Positions 1 through 10,763 of a stretch of 64,000 nucleotides of DNA are shown piece by piece. Source of the DNA: an uncultured Chloroflexia bacterium (GTDB taxonomy: Bacteria; Chloroflexota; Dehalococcoidia; DSTF01; JALHUB01); NCBI GenBank assembly GCA_963726245.1, contig CAVSBT010000017.1, positions 128,001-192,000 on the forward strand, given 5' to 3'. A model generated the notes under the pieces. It saw only the letters and a list, made by a program, of their open reading frames with translations. It made no database searches and was not told the origin of the DNA. A program made the translations under genes and the position numbers. The stretch's first letter is position 1; each line of letters begins with the position of its first letter.

Positions 1-1156
1 TCTGCCTTAAGAGGACTTGTCGTCCTCGGCTCTACAGGTTCCATCGGTCGGCAGACGCTGGACGTAGTTCGCGGCCTGGGCGACCGATTTCGCGTCATCG
101 GTCTGGCTGCCGGACGAAACGTCGTTACCCTCGAGCAGCAGGTGCGCGAGTTCGCACCTCGGCTGGTCGGGCAGCGAGAGCGCCGATGACTACGCCCGCC
201 TGAAGTCCACACTAGGCGCCCGAGCGCCGGCCTGGGCCACCATGGAGGAGATGGCCACCCTCCCCGACGTGGACATCGTGGTGGTGGCCACGGCCGGCAA
301 GGCCGGCCTTCACCCCACCCTGGCCGCCCTGCGCGCCGGTAAGGTCGTGGCCCTGGCCAACAAAGAGGTCCTGGTCATGGCCGGCCACCTCGTCACCGAG
401 GCGGCCGAACGGGGCCGCGGCCAGCTCCGCCCCATCGATAGCGAGCACAGCGCCGTCTGGCAGTGCCTCTGGGGCGAGGAGCGTTCCTCCATCGCCCGCG
501 TCATCCTCACGGCGTCCGGCGGCGCCTTCCGCGATCGCTCCCTGGAGGAGCTGCGCTGCGTGACGCCGGAGCAGGCGCTGCGCCACCCCACCTGGCAAAT
601 GGGTCGCAAGGTGACAGTGGACTCGGCCACCCTCCTGAACAAGGGCTTTGAGGCCATGGAGGCCCGCTGGCTCTTCGGCGTGCCCTTCCAGAGCGTTGAG
701 ATCGTGCTCCACCGTCAGAGCATCGTCCACTCGCTGGTGGAGTTCATAGACGGCTCCATCAAGGCGCAGATGGGGATGCCGGACATGAGGCTGCCGATCC
801 AGTGCGCCCTCTGCTATCCTGAGAGGCTCCGCTGCCCATCGGTGGCCCGCCTGGACCTGACCCGGGTGGGCAGCCTGGAGTTCGCGGTGCCGGACCTGCG
901 CCGCTTCCCTTGCCTGCGCTTGGGCCTGCAGGCGGGCGCCAGAGGCGGCACCTACCCCGCCGTCCTGGCCGCCGCCGACGAGGTGGCGGTGGAGCAGTTC
1001 CTCGCCGGCCACCTGGGCTTCATGGAGATCGGCGCCGTCCTGGAGGGCGCGCTGGAGGCTCACCGTCCCAGCGGAGACGTATCGCTGGCGGCGGTGCTGG
1101 AGGCCGACGCCTGGGCCCGCGCCTGGGCTGAGGACTGGGTGAGGGCGAAGACGTGA
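1..1156 (+). CDS. dxr: 1-deoxy-D-xylulose 5-phosphate reductoisomerase (5' end at or beyond window edge; one apparent indel near 170-240)
   Basis: Frame 1 from base 1 reads [19 protein letters not shown] (NADPH motif); ORF 242..1156 has [39 protein letters not shown]. Confidence 0.96.
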
Positions 1157-2499
1157 CCATTATCCAATCCGTACTCCCCTTCATAGCCATCATCGTTGTG
1201 CTCGTTGTCGTGCACGAGCTGGGGCACTTCGTGACCGCCAAGCTGAGCGGCGTGCGGGTGGAGGAGTTCGGCTTGGGCTACCCGCCGCGATTGTGGGCCA
1301 AGAAGCTCGGCGAAACAGAGTACTCCATCAATGCCCTGCCGCTGGGCGGCTTCGTGCGCATGGTGGGCGAGGAAGACCCGTCCGACTCCCGGAGCCTGGC
1401 GAGCAAGCCACGGCCGCTGAGGCTGGTCGTCTTAAGCGCGGGCTCCTTCATGAACTTCATCTTCGCCATCGCCCTCTTCACGACGGGCTTGATGATCCCG
1501 CGCGAGATCCCCGCCGGCAGGGCCGTTATCCAAGAAGTGATGCCGGGCTCCCCGGCGCAGCAGGCCGGACTCCAGAGCGGCGACGTCATCTGGAAGATCG
1601 ACAACCGTGAGGTCCACAACGTCCCCGAGACAGGGAATGCCATCCGCCTCCACCTCGGCGAGACCATTACGATGCAGGTCAAGCGCCAGGGGGAGTTCGT
1701 GGACGTGCCCGTGAAGGCGCGCTGGGTAGCTCCCGACATAGTCCACACAGTTCAGGCGGGAGAGGACGTCCCGACCGTGGCGAAGCAGTTGGGCTTGAGC
1801 GCCGACATCGTGAGGGAGGCAGCCGGCATCAAGACGACGCTCGATGCGGGAAAGCAACTCACGATCGGCGAGGGCCCCGATGCCGTAATCTACACGCCGG
1901 AAGAGGGCGACACCGTCGCCTCGGTGGCGCAACGGCTGGGTGTGAGCCAGGCGGCGGTGCGAACTGCTGCGGACCTGCCCGACCCGGACAAGCTCGAGGT
2001 GGGGAAGGAGCTACACTTCCCGCAGGGGCCCACCGGCATCGTGATTGCGCCCCAGTACACGTACACAGAGACTCAGTCGTACTCCTTCTTCAAGGCTGTT
2101 CCTCTGGGCGTGAGAAACACCGTCGACTCCCTGACCCTGGCCCGGAACCAAGTCATCATGTGGATCAAGGGAGGCGGCAGCCCCGAGGTTTCGGGGCCTA
2201 TCGGCATCGCCCAGGCGACGGGCGAAGTGGTGCAGGAGGCGGGCTGGAAGGTCTTGACGGACTTCGCCGCCCTCCTCAGCGTCAACCTGGCTGTTATCAA
2301 CATCCTGCCTCTGCCCATGCTGGACGGCGGCCGCATCGTCTTCGTCCTGCTCGAGGTGCTGCGCGGCGGCCGGCGCATTGCCCCTCGGAAGGAGGCGTTG
2401 GTGCACCTCGTGGGCCTCGTGGCCCTCCTCACCCTGGTCGTAGTCGTCAGCTACTTCGATATCGTCCGCATAATCCAGGGAGGCAGCCTCTTTCGATGA
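1153..2499 (+). CDS. rseP: RseP/RIP M50 intramembrane zinc metalloprotease with PDZ domain and an inserted pair of LysM-like repeats
   Basis: HELGH, LPLGGFV, NILPLPMLDGG motifs; PDZ (SPAQQAGLQSGDVI); insert HTVQAGEDVPTVAKQLGL and YTPEEGDTVASVAQRLGVS...LEVGKELHFP; lies between dxr and ispG. Confidence 0.93.
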   Translation: MTIIQSVLPFIAIIVVLVVVHELGHFVTAKLSGVRVEEFGLGYPPRLWAKKLGETEYSINALPLGGFVRMVGEEDPSDSRSLASKPRPLRLVVLSAGSFMNFIFAIALFTTGLMIPREIPAGRAVIQEVMPGSPAQQAGLQSGDVIWKIDNREVHNVPETGNAIRLHLGETITMQVKRQGEFVDVPVKARWVAPDIVHTVQAGEDVPTVAKQLGLSADIVREAAGIKTTLDAGKQLTIGEGPDAVIYTPEEGDTVASVAQRLGVSQAAVRTAADLPDPDKLEVGKELHFPQGPTGIVIAPQYTYTETQSYSFFKAVPLGVRNTVDSLTLARNQVIMWIKGGGSPEVSGPIGIAQATGEVVQEAGWKVLTDFAALLSVNLAVINILPLPMLDGGRIVFVLLEVLRGGRRIAPRKEALVHLVGLVALLTLVVVVSYFDIVRIIQGGSLFR

Positions 2500-3637
2500 T
2501 CCAGCGGCGGAAATCGAAGCCCCTCCAGATCGGGGACGTCACAGTCGGGGGCGAGGCGCCCGTCGTCGTCCAGTCGATGGCCAGCACCGACACGGCCGAC
2601 GCGACCGCCACCCTGCGGCAGGTCCGCGAGCTGGCCGAGCTGGGATGTGAGCTGGTGCGGGTGGCCGTGCCCCACAAGGCGGCCGCGGCCGCTCTGCCCG
2701 AGATCGTGCGCGGCAGCCCCGTTCCCATCGTCGCCGACATCCACTTCGATCACCGGCTGGCGCTCGCCGCCCTCGAGGCCGGGGTGCACGGCCTGCGCCT
2801 CAATCCCGGCAACATCCGCGACCCGGAGAAGGTGCGAACCGTCGTCCGGGAAGCCCGCGGGCGCCGGGTGCCCATTCGTGTGGGGGTGAACGCGGGCAGC
2901 CTGCCGCCCTTGCCGTCTCTGGCCGAGGGCGAGGATGCCGCCTCCCATGCACGCAGCGGATGGTGGAGGCCGCCCTCTGGGAGATCGGCATCCTGGAGGA
3001 GATGGACTTCGACCTCATCAAGGTCTCCCTGAAGGCGTTCGACGTGCCGACCATGGTGGCGGCCTATCGCGCCATCGCCGGCCGCATCCCCTATCCGCTG
3101 CACCTGGGCGTCACCGAGGCCGGGATGCCCGGCGCCGGCTCCGTCCGCAGCGCCGTCGGCATCGGCATCCTGCTGGCCGAGGGCATCGGCGACACGATCC
3201 GCGTCTCCCTGGCCGCTGACCCGAAGGAGGAGATGCCCGTCTGCTGGGACATCCTGAGAGCCTTGAACCTGCGCCAGCGCGGCCCGACCATCGTCGCCTG
3301 CCCGACCTGCGGGCGCATCGAGATCGACCTCATCCCCCTGGCTACCAAGGTGCAGGAGCACTTCCGGCGACTGGGGAAACCCGTTACCGTCGCCGTCATG
3401 GGCTGCGTCGTGAACGGTCCCGGCGAGGCCAGGATGGCGGACCTGGGGATCGCCGGCGGCAAAGGCCGGGGTGTCATCTTCCGCAAGGGGCAGGTGGTGC
3501 GCACCGTGGATGAGAAGGACTTCCTGTCCGCCCTCATCGAGGAGGGGGACAAGGTCATCGCCGAGATGAACGGCGCGCCGCCGGCTCCTGGAAGCGAGAC
3601 CCTGGTCCCCATTCAGGGGATATCGAGAGAGCAGTAG
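2496..3637 (+). CDS. ispG: 4-hydroxy-3-methylbut-2-en-1-yl diphosphate synthase (one apparent indel near 2950)
   Basis: VVVQSM, PIVADIHFD, RLNPGNI, RVGVNAGSL, then PLHLGVTEAG, GIGDTIRVSL, ACPTCGR, MGCVVNGPGE in the next frame; ATG overlaps rseP stop. Confidence 0.96.
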
Positions 3638-3685
3638 CCTCAACTGTCGACCCGGGCGACCGCCCGCTCTTCCGCTGTCAGACTT

Positions 3686-3949
3686 ATGAACTTCGAAGCC
3701 CTGGCGCTGGCCCTCATGCTCGTCCTCTGGGCGGTGCTGGGGACCGTGTGGTGGCTGGCGGGCGCCGTGGCCCGCCGGGGGCGCGGCGTACTCCCCGCGC
3801 TGCCTCTGGCCGCCATAGGCGGGCTGGCCGGTGGGCTGTTGGTGCCGGCCCTGGGCCGTCGCGACGGCGTCGGCCTGCTCGTGAGCCTGGGGGCCGCCCT
3901 CCTGGGCGGCCTCGTGTTCGCCGCCGCCGGCTTCCGCCTCAGCCGGTAG
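3686..3949 (+). CDS. small three-helix membrane protein, function unknown
   Basis: 87-aa ORF with three hydrophobic Gly/Leu/Ala-rich stretches; high-GC third positions. Confidence 0.6.
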   Translation: MNFEALALALMLVLWAVLGTVWWLAGAVARRGRGVLPALPLAAIGGLAGGLLVPALGRRDGVGLLVSLGAALLGGLVFAAAGFRLSR

Positions 3950-4129
3950 CGCCTGCCGACCGAGGAGTCCGGCCTGGCGGTGCCGCTGCTCTGCTGGCGC
4001 CTGTCAGACCGCATGCAAGATCGGCCGCCTTCGTTGAACAACCGACGCGCAGCATCCAGGAAGTATTGACAGAAAGAGTACAATCGTGTCAGGCGGTGTG
4101 CTGGGACGAAAACGAAGGAGGCGGGGATA

Positions 4130-4435
4130 ATGCTGTTTGTGACCCTCTACAAAGCAAGAGCAGGGCTTACACGCGAGCAGCAGCAGGAGATCTACACGCG
4201 GCGACTTGAGTGGAACCACGACGCGACCACCAAGGTGATAGGCGAGTACTTCCTTGTCGGCACCAGCCCTGAAGACCCGACCGGCGTGCTCATCTACGAG
4301 TCGGACAAGCCGGTCGTGGGGTATAGGGACCACGCTGTTTGGGGGGACCTGCTCGACATCCGGACCCACTTGGCTGTCCCGGCGGAGGAAGGTCTGAAGG
4401 TCATCCGGCAGATGGTTCAGGCGGCTGCCCGGTAG
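4130..4435 (+). CDS. hypothetical protein, loosely DUF3303/muconolactone-isomerase-like small alpha/beta protein
   Basis: AAGGAGG RBS, ATG; MLFVTLY...RRLEW...KVIGEY...GVLIYE pattern. Family assignment from memory of the pattern only. Confidence 0.6.
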   Translation: MLFVTLYKARAGLTREQQQEIYTRRLEWNHDATTKVIGEYFLVGTSPEDPTGVLIYESDKPVVGYRDHAVWGDLLDIRTHLAVPAEEGLKVIRQMVQAAAR

Positions 4436-4643
4436 CAACGAGCAGGAGCTGGTTGCCAGGATCACCACCCGCACACCGCCGCCTCAGCCTTAGGTTCTCC
4501 GCAGGGCTGGCCCGGGAGGGCATAGAATTGCACGCTCCGACCGGCAGGGGTCCGGCCTGCCGTCGCCGTCGCGTCGCCGGCAGCGGGACAGCACGGGCCG
4601 GAAAGGGCTCGGCGCGGGGCCTGGCGGTCCCGCGGCGGCGCTT

Positions 4644-5384
4644 CTAGGCCCCGGGCTCCGCTTCCTGGCTCTGGTTCGCGATAATCCGCGCCGGGACGCC
4701 GGCGACGGTGGTGTGCGCCGGAACATCCTTGAGCACCACGGAACCGGCGCCGATGATGGCCCCGTCGCCGATCTTGACGGGGCCGAGGATCTTCGCGCCC
4801 GTTCCTACGAACACCCCATCCCCGAGCTCCGGCGCGTCCAATGTTCCAGGGGTGAGACCTATGCTCACCCACGGGCAAAGCACGCACCCTCGCCCTATGG
4901 TCAGCCGCCCGCCGATGACCAGATACCCGTGGGGCACGTAGACGCCTTCCCCAAGCACCACATAGTCGCCGATGCTCATGTCGAAGAAGGTAATGCAGAT
5001 CCTGTGGATGAGGGTGGGAAGGATGGGTACGCGGGCTCCCTCAAGCCAGGTCCGAACGCGGTAGAGCAGTACGCCCAGGAAGGCGTCGGATTTCCAGGCC
5101 AGCCGGAGCATGTGGAAGGGCGTGGCCAGCCGGCCCTGGTCAGCGATCTCGAATCTGCCCGCGATGAAGGCCCGCACGTCCTCCCGGATCGCCCTCCGCA
5201 AAGACGGTCGGCGCGCCCGGAGTTGGCGATGGTACTCCCGCCAGAACCGTTTCCAGTCGCGCTTGGCCTCAGGTCGGGCGTTCGGTTCGGTTACTCCCAA
5301 AGGGGTTTCCAGTCGCTCAACGCGGTCACGCTGGCCGCCATGCCCGGCGGAGGGCATGGTACCCTGGGCTCCATCTCCCGTCAA
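4644..5384 (-). CDS. serine O-acetyltransferase-like hexapeptide-repeat acyltransferase
   Basis: [49 protein letters not shown]; YVPHG motif; GAGGAGG upstream. Confidence 0.85.
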   Translation of the reverse strand: MTGDGAQGTMPSAGHGGQRDRVERLETPLGVTEPNARPEAKRDWKRFWREYHRQLRARRPSLRRAIREDVRAFIAGRFEIADQGRLATPFHMLRLAWKSDAFLGVLLYRVRTWLEGARVPILPTLIHRICITFFDMSIGDYVVLGEGVYVPHGYLVIGGRLTIGRGCVLCPWVSIGLTPGTLDAPELGDGVFVGTGAKILGPVKIGDGAIIGAGSVVLKDVPAHTTVAGVPARIIANQSQEAEPGA

Positions 5385-5506
5385 ACCCCTCCTCTGTGGC
5401 CGCTTTCGCTTGGGGGTGCCGTTTCTGGCGGTCAGCGCTGAGGCCGGGATGTTTGGCAGGCAGAAGCCTCGGCCGAATGTGGGGCCCGAGTGGCCTCGGC
5501 CGCCGC

Positions 5507-6170
5507 TTATGCGCGGGACGCCTCCTGTCCGGGAGGCTCGAAGTTGGGCTGGGGAGTCACCCGCAAATACGGCTTTAGCTCTTTGTAGCCCCTCGGAAAG
5601 AGCTCGGCGGCCTCCGTATTGCTGACGGAGGGCAGGATCACTACGTCTTCGCCGGGCTTCCAGTTCGCGGGTGTCGCGACCTTCTGGTCATCAGCAAGCT
5701 GCAACGAGTCGATGACTCGCAGCAATTCGTCGAAGTTCCGCCCTGTCTCGGCCGGATACGTAAGTATCAGCCGGACCGTCTTCTTCGGATCGATGATGAA
5801 CACGGATCGCACTGTCTCGGTTGCGTGGGCGTTCGGATGAATCATGTCATACAGCTGCGCGACTTTTCGATCCGCATCAGCAAGCAGTGGAAAGTTGAGC
5901 TCTACTCCCTGAGTCTGGGCGATGTCGTGTGCCCACATGTCATGCCGGAACAGGGGATCGACGCTGAGGCCGATCACCTTCACGTTGCGTGTCTCGAATT
6001 CTGGCTTCAGGCGCGCCACCATTCCCAGTTCGGTTGTGCAAACTGGAGTAAAGTCAGCGGGATGTGAGAAGAGAACCGCCCAGCTGTCACCCATCCACTC
6101 GTAGAGGTGGATGGGTCCTTGCGTTGAATCCTGCGTGAAGTCTGGGGCTTTGTCTCCCAGTCGCACCCAT
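5507..6170 (-). CDS. 1-Cys peroxiredoxin (Prx6 family)
   Basis: [54 protein letters not shown]; real start probably at 6170/6166 ([10 protein letters not shown]). Confidence 0.95.
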
Positions 6171-6868
6171 GGTGTTTGCGGAAGAGCCACTCGGGAGCCA
6201 GCGCGGTCATCTCTCGGTGCCCTTTTCTGTTTGGCGGCGTCGTCCTTCCTTGATTTGTCGGCAGCGTACTGGCCCTGGTGTAACAACTTAACCTCCCATC
6301 AGTGGAGCGTCGCGGCACCAACATCCCTGTCTGTGCTGGCCCGTTTCGCCGAAGCATACCTGTGCCCGGGGGGCGGTGCCTGGCGTGAAGGGAGTGGGCG
6401 GCACCGTGCCAGCCCTTTAGCGTACCATAAGCCAGTCGTTTAGCCTACCGTACGGCGGAGGGAGGGGTCAACCAAAGGGTATCCAACGGAAGCAGGGTCG
6501 CGTCGCGGGCCATTGCTCCCCGCCCCGGCGACCGGGGTGCGTCGGGCGGACCGGCGGCCGAGCGCGAATGTCAACCGAAAAGGCACCCACCGTGATGATT
6601 GAAAAGACACCCCCCTGTGTTTGTTGAGCCAAAAGAGCGCCACTATGATGAGGAGAAACGCCGCCGCCCATGGAATGCCAAAATGTCATTACTATCCGGA
6701 CGGTTGACCCGCGGAGCCATTTGGATCGGCGTTGAGGCACTGTGTCCTCAAGCGATCCACGACCGAACTACCAGCGCGGTGGCTGGGCAGAGGGAAGAGA
6801 CGGGAGCAGTATTGGCATCTCATAGCCAGTCAGCAAGGGATAGAAGCAGAGGCGACAGGCTCCCAACG

Positions 6869-6900
6869 AAAAGAGGCCGCCCAACAGAGCGGCCTCTTTA
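6869..6900 (-). terminator. intrinsic terminator of the phospholipase-like gene
   Basis: Minus strand AAAGAGGCCGC-tctgttgg-GCGGCCTCTTTT about 20 nt after the stop. Confidence 0.8.
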
Positions 6901-6920
6901 TTCTGGGCCTGGCTAGCTCC

Positions 6921-9311
6921 TTATCGTATGTTCAGCACCTTGCCCACGGCTTGCTGGTCCTTGTCCACCGCACCCACGTAGTCGTGGGCCGCCAGTAGAG
7001 CATCACCCTGTGCCACGAGGTCTCTAGCTTGCTGGATCTTCTGCAGATCCTTCGGCTTGACGGCGAGTGCTTCCGCCTTCTCGATGGCCTCCACGGCCAC
7101 CGACTTGGCTGCCAGCGCCAGCAAGCCCTTATCGTTTGTCAGGTCGAGGCCCGGCGCGGCTGCCTCCGCCGCCTCCAACTTGCGGAGCGCCCACTTGATC
7201 TTCACGTGGCATGCCACGCGCAGTGTTCCGGGTTCCCCGCTCGAGCATATAAGGGGGGGCCTAGGGTGTTGGGGGGTTCGCAGAATGGCAATCGCGGCTC
7301 GAATGTACGGGGCATGGGCGAGAGGGGTCAGATTCTCAACGACCGTTGCGATAGCCCCCGCGGCGTCGACTACCTCTATCTGGGCGGTTGTCGTGCCGAC
7401 ACCAGCGTCGTCATCGGTCACGTTCAGCGTGATCGTGTAGATGCCCGGGTCAGCGTAGATGTGCGTGGCGTTCAAGGTCCCCGTGGCCCAGCCCAGGCAG
7501 TCACTGAACGAATCGAAGTCAGCCTGCGTGTAGACCTCGCCGTCGCCCCAGTCGAGTGACGCCGTGTGGGTGTCCACGATCCCGGCGTCGGTGAAGCTCC
7601 CCGCCAGGTCAACCTCGAGACCCACCAGAGCCACCGGGACGTCTACCCCGATCTCTGCACCCGTCTCATCGGCGAGGCTGTCGATGCTGGCCACCGGCGG
7701 CACGTTCTCCACCGTCACCACCACCGTGTCGCTCCCCTGGGCGCCGCGGCTATCCGTGACCGTGAAGCTGAAGGTGTACACACAGTCGTCGATGGGCGCG
7801 AAGGTCAATGTCTGCGTGGTAGCGTCTGGGACGTCCACGCAGTTGGTGCCGCTGCTGCTCTCCAGTTGCCACAACAACGTGTGCGTGTCGCCGACGTTGG
7901 GGTCGGTGAAGGAGCCGTTGAGCGTCACCACGGCATTCTCATCGACCGTCTGGTCCAGGCCGGCGTTTGCCGTTGGAGGCGCGTTGGGCGCTAGGATGTG
8001 AAACCAGATATGAGAATTGTCGGCTTCCTCCCCGAAGCTGTCCATCTGGGCTCCGCACGCACCTCCGAGCTCTCCCGACACCGCCCCATCCACGCCGGCC
8101 ATGCACGCGTCAAGGTTGACCGTCAGCGCCAGGCTCCTGTCGTTGTCACGCGGATCGATGTCCGAGAAATCATCGTCATCCCCATCATCATCCCAGAGTT
8201 CAATCTCGACGGTGGTGGTGCCTGTGAGCCCGACATCCCGCCCAAACGCCCACTCGGGATCGATGGCGGTGGCAGTCTCCATCTGGTCGCCCTCGTTCCT
8301 GAACCAATCGCCACCGATGCCGACCCTGACGTAGTAGTCCGGGTCGTCCAGCGCCCCGTGGCCCCCAATTTGCTCCACGTGGTCAATGACTACCGTTAGG
8401 TCGGTCTGTTGCTTGCTTGCCTCTTCGAAGAGACCGTAGAGCGCAGCAGCTGCTCGTATGGAGTGGAAATAGGAGTTTCTGCGGATTATCTCCATGTACG
8501 CCTTGCACATGGAGCCCTCCTCCGAATAGTCGCAGCCATCGACTTTGCTCGGGTCATTGAATTCCGGGATATCCTCGAAGGCACTGAAATCGACCAACCC
8601 CAGTGGGTCTTCCGTGTTACCGGGCACATCGTCAGAGGCGTATATGCCCCCGATCTGAGCCGTTGTGTACATCAACCAGTACAGGGGCAGGTAGGGGCCG
8701 TCCGGAATCACAACGGGCCCCGCGGCTATTAGCCCATTCTTCTCATCTTGAGTTAGGCACTCATTGCCTGGATCAACAGGAGGATCGCATGAGACTCCCA
8801 TATTCATGTACTGGTCGTCGAAGGTGTCTGGATAAACATGCGAGTCGAAATGCACGTGAGCTGGCACAGACATGTCCCCTATGAGGTGAACAACGTGGCC
8901 CAAGTATTCGTACGCAACGTCCTTGTTTCCCTTGTGGTATTCGCCTAAAGCCATGCCCCACAACACTCGGGCTTTCTGCCAGGCATTGGGATCGTGGTAA
9001 TTGCAAACAAGAGTATCCATAGTGTGATCAGGGCCTAGGTCTGGGTCCCAGAAATGTGTAATTGTCACACACCATCCTGTGTGATTCCAGACGTGGTCGG
9101 TCTGGTCCTCATCGCGGGCGCCAGCCTCGATGGTCGACGCGTACTGACGGATTTCAAGGATTTTATCACTCGGCCACAGCTCCCTTGCATACTTGGCGAT
9201 CTGGACGTGGATATCGCCGCCATAGGCTTGTGCACCTTCTGGTCGCACGCCTCCCGAAGCCAGTACACTCAAGCCCAGGATCAGAACCGCGAATAGAATC
9301 CATCGTTTCAT
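6921..9311 (-). CDS. secreted multidomain protein: Zn-dependent phospholipase C/P1-nuclease-like domain, acidic C2-like domain, two PKD/Ig-like domains, helical C-terminus
   Basis: Signal peptide MKRWILFAVLILGLSVLA...AQA; GARDED, THFWDPD, YLGHVVHLIGDMSVPAHVH (PLC Zn-ligand pattern); DPDYYVRV...EIELWDDD; NAPPTANAGLDQTV and LDWGDG...HIYADPGIYTITLNVTDDD (PKD). Confidence 0.78.
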   Translation of the reverse strand: MKRWILFAVLILGLSVLASGGVRPEGAQAYGGDIHVQIAKYARELWPSDKILEIRQYASTIEAGARDEDQTDHVWNHTGWCVTITHFWDPDLGPDHTMDTLVCNYHDPNAWQKARVLWGMALGEYHKGNKDVAYEYLGHVVHLIGDMSVPAHVHFDSHVYPDTFDDQYMNMGVSCDPPVDPGNECLTQDEKNGLIAAGPVVIPDGPYLPLYWLMYTTAQIGGIYASDDVPGNTEDPLGLVDFSAFEDIPEFNDPSKVDGCDYSEEGSMCKAYMEIIRRNSYFHSIRAAAALYGLFEEASKQQTDLTVVIDHVEQIGGHGALDDPDYYVRVGIGGDWFRNEGDQMETATAIDPEWAFGRDVGLTGTTTVEIELWDDDGDDDDFSDIDPRDNDRSLALTVNLDACMAGVDGAVSGELGGACGAQMDSFGEEADNSHIWFHILAPNAPPTANAGLDQTVDENAVVTLNGSFTDPNVGDTHTLLWQLESSSGTNCVDVPDATTQTLTFAPIDDCVYTFSFTVTDSRGAQGSDTVVVTVENVPPVASIDSLADETGAEIGVDVPVALVGLEVDLAGSFTDAGIVDTHTASLDWGDGEVYTQADFDSFSDCLGWATGTLNATHIYADPGIYTITLNVTDDDAGVGTTTAQIEVVDAAGAIATVVENLTPLAHAPYIRAAIAILRTPQHPRPPLICSSGEPGTLRVACHVKIKWALRKLEAAEAAAPGLDLTNDKGLLALAAKSVAVEAIEKAEALAVKPKDLQKIQQARDLVAQGDALLAAHDYVGAVDKDQQAVGKVLNIR

Positions 9312-9664
9312 GATGGTCTCTCCTTGCTCTTGAGAAGCATGACGCCTCTTTCTCCGAGGCGGCGGGCGGTTATGTGGTGGGTGCTCAATGGGATCGGCTG
9401 AGTCGTTCTCATTCGCAGCGAAGTATACTGCTCACACTTCCTCGCGTCACCTCCGAGTTCCCATCATCAGGATGGAGTTGGCGAGGGTGGGACGTGGGGA
9501 TGAGGTCTAGAGTCTGTCGGCTGGACTGAGCCTGCGGTGAGCCGCGAGCGCTCGTTCAGTTGCGGTGGAAGCGGCGTGGCGGGTCCAGGAGGTCATGTTG
9601 TCGAGGATGTCGCCCTCGGTTACGATTGGGCTATGATGCGTTCCCACGGCTCCTATCGCAAGCT

Positions 9665-10582
9665 ATGAGTCTCCTGGCCCTATCCACCATGTGGTCGCAG
9701 CAGGAGCGCTTCTCGGCCGACCTGCGCGAGTTCGCCCGCGTGGCGCGCTCCCTGGGCTACGACGCCCTGGAGGTGAACTACGTCATCCCCCGCGAGGGCG
9801 TCGAGCAGCTCCTGGACGGCGCCGCGCTCCCCATCGCCAGCTTCCACAGCCCCTCGCCCCGCGTCAGGCACGGCGACGGCCGCTGGAGCGAGAGCTTCAA
9901 CCTGGCCTCCACCGACGAAGCGGAGCGCCGCCAGGCCGTCGCCTACAACCTCGCCACCCTCGAGTGGGCGGCGCGGGCCGGCGCATGCTGCGTCGTGCTG
10001 CACCTGGGCGGCGTCGGCGACCGGATGACGGAGCCCGAAAGGCGGCTGCGGCGCCTGTTCGACTCCGGCGTGCGCGAAGGAGAGGAGGTGGAGGGCCTGC
10101 GGCAGGAGCTGCGGCGACTGCGACGGGAGCAGGAGGGCCCGTACCTGGAGGCGGCCCGTCGCTCGCTGGCCGAGCTGGCTGAGGAGGCCTCGCGCCGGGG
10201 CGTCGCCCTGGGCCTGGAGAACCGCTACCACTACCACGAGATCCCCCAGGTGGAGGATGCCTTGACCCTGCTGGCGCCCTACCCGCCGGACCTGGTGGGC
10301 TACTGGCACGACGTGGGCCACGCCGAGGTGCTCCACCGTCTGGGCCTCGTCGACCGCGAGAGCTGGCTGCGCGCGCTGGGGCCTCGCACGATAGGCAGCC
10401 ATCTTCACGACGTGGAGGGCATCGGCGATCACCGGGCGCCCGGCCGGGGTGACGTGCAGTGGGACTACATCGCGCGCGGCTTGCCGCCCGCCGCCCTGCG
10501 CGTCTTCGAGATCGACCAGCGGCAGCCCGACGACGCCGTGGCCGCCGCCATCCCGTACCTCCGCGAGAGGGGCGTCGTCTAG
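9665..10582 (+). CDS. sugar phosphate isomerase/epimerase (AP endonuclease 2-type TIM barrel)
   Basis: LGLENRYHYHEIP, YWHDVGHA, HLHDVEGIGDHRAPGRG, FEID metal motifs; likely ATG at 9665. Confidence 0.85.
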   Translation: MSLLALSTMWSQQERFSADLREFARVARSLGYDALEVNYVIPREGVEQLLDGAALPIASFHSPSPRVRHGDGRWSESFNLASTDEAERRQAVAYNLATLEWAARAGACCVVLHLGGVGDRMTEPERRLRRLFDSGVREGEEVEGLRQELRRLRREQEGPYLEAARRSLAELAEEASRRGVALGLENRYHYHEIPQVEDALTLLAPYPPDLVGYWHDVGHAEVLHRLGLVDRESWLRALGPRTIGSHLHDVEGIGDHRAPGRGDVQWDYIARGLPPAALRVFEIDQRQPDDAVAAAIPYLRERGVV

Positions 10583-10763
10583 CGCGGGTCTCTCCTGGCA
10601 TGCCGAGCTTGTCGAAGCACCTCAGCTTCCCGAAGGACCTGGGTGGTTGGTGTGCGATTTGTACCCGACGAACAAAATAACTTGCCTGACGTTCAGCCAG
10701 GGAGTAGCATTGGTCCTCAGGAGTACTTCCTTAGGCGTACTCCGAAAGTAGTGGTGAGAACCA

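Noticed and set aside
10719-10743. GGAGTAC-N10-GTACTCC inverted repeat upstream of the first marR
   Set aside because: Plausible operator, but a single short instance with no second site in the window; not enough to call.
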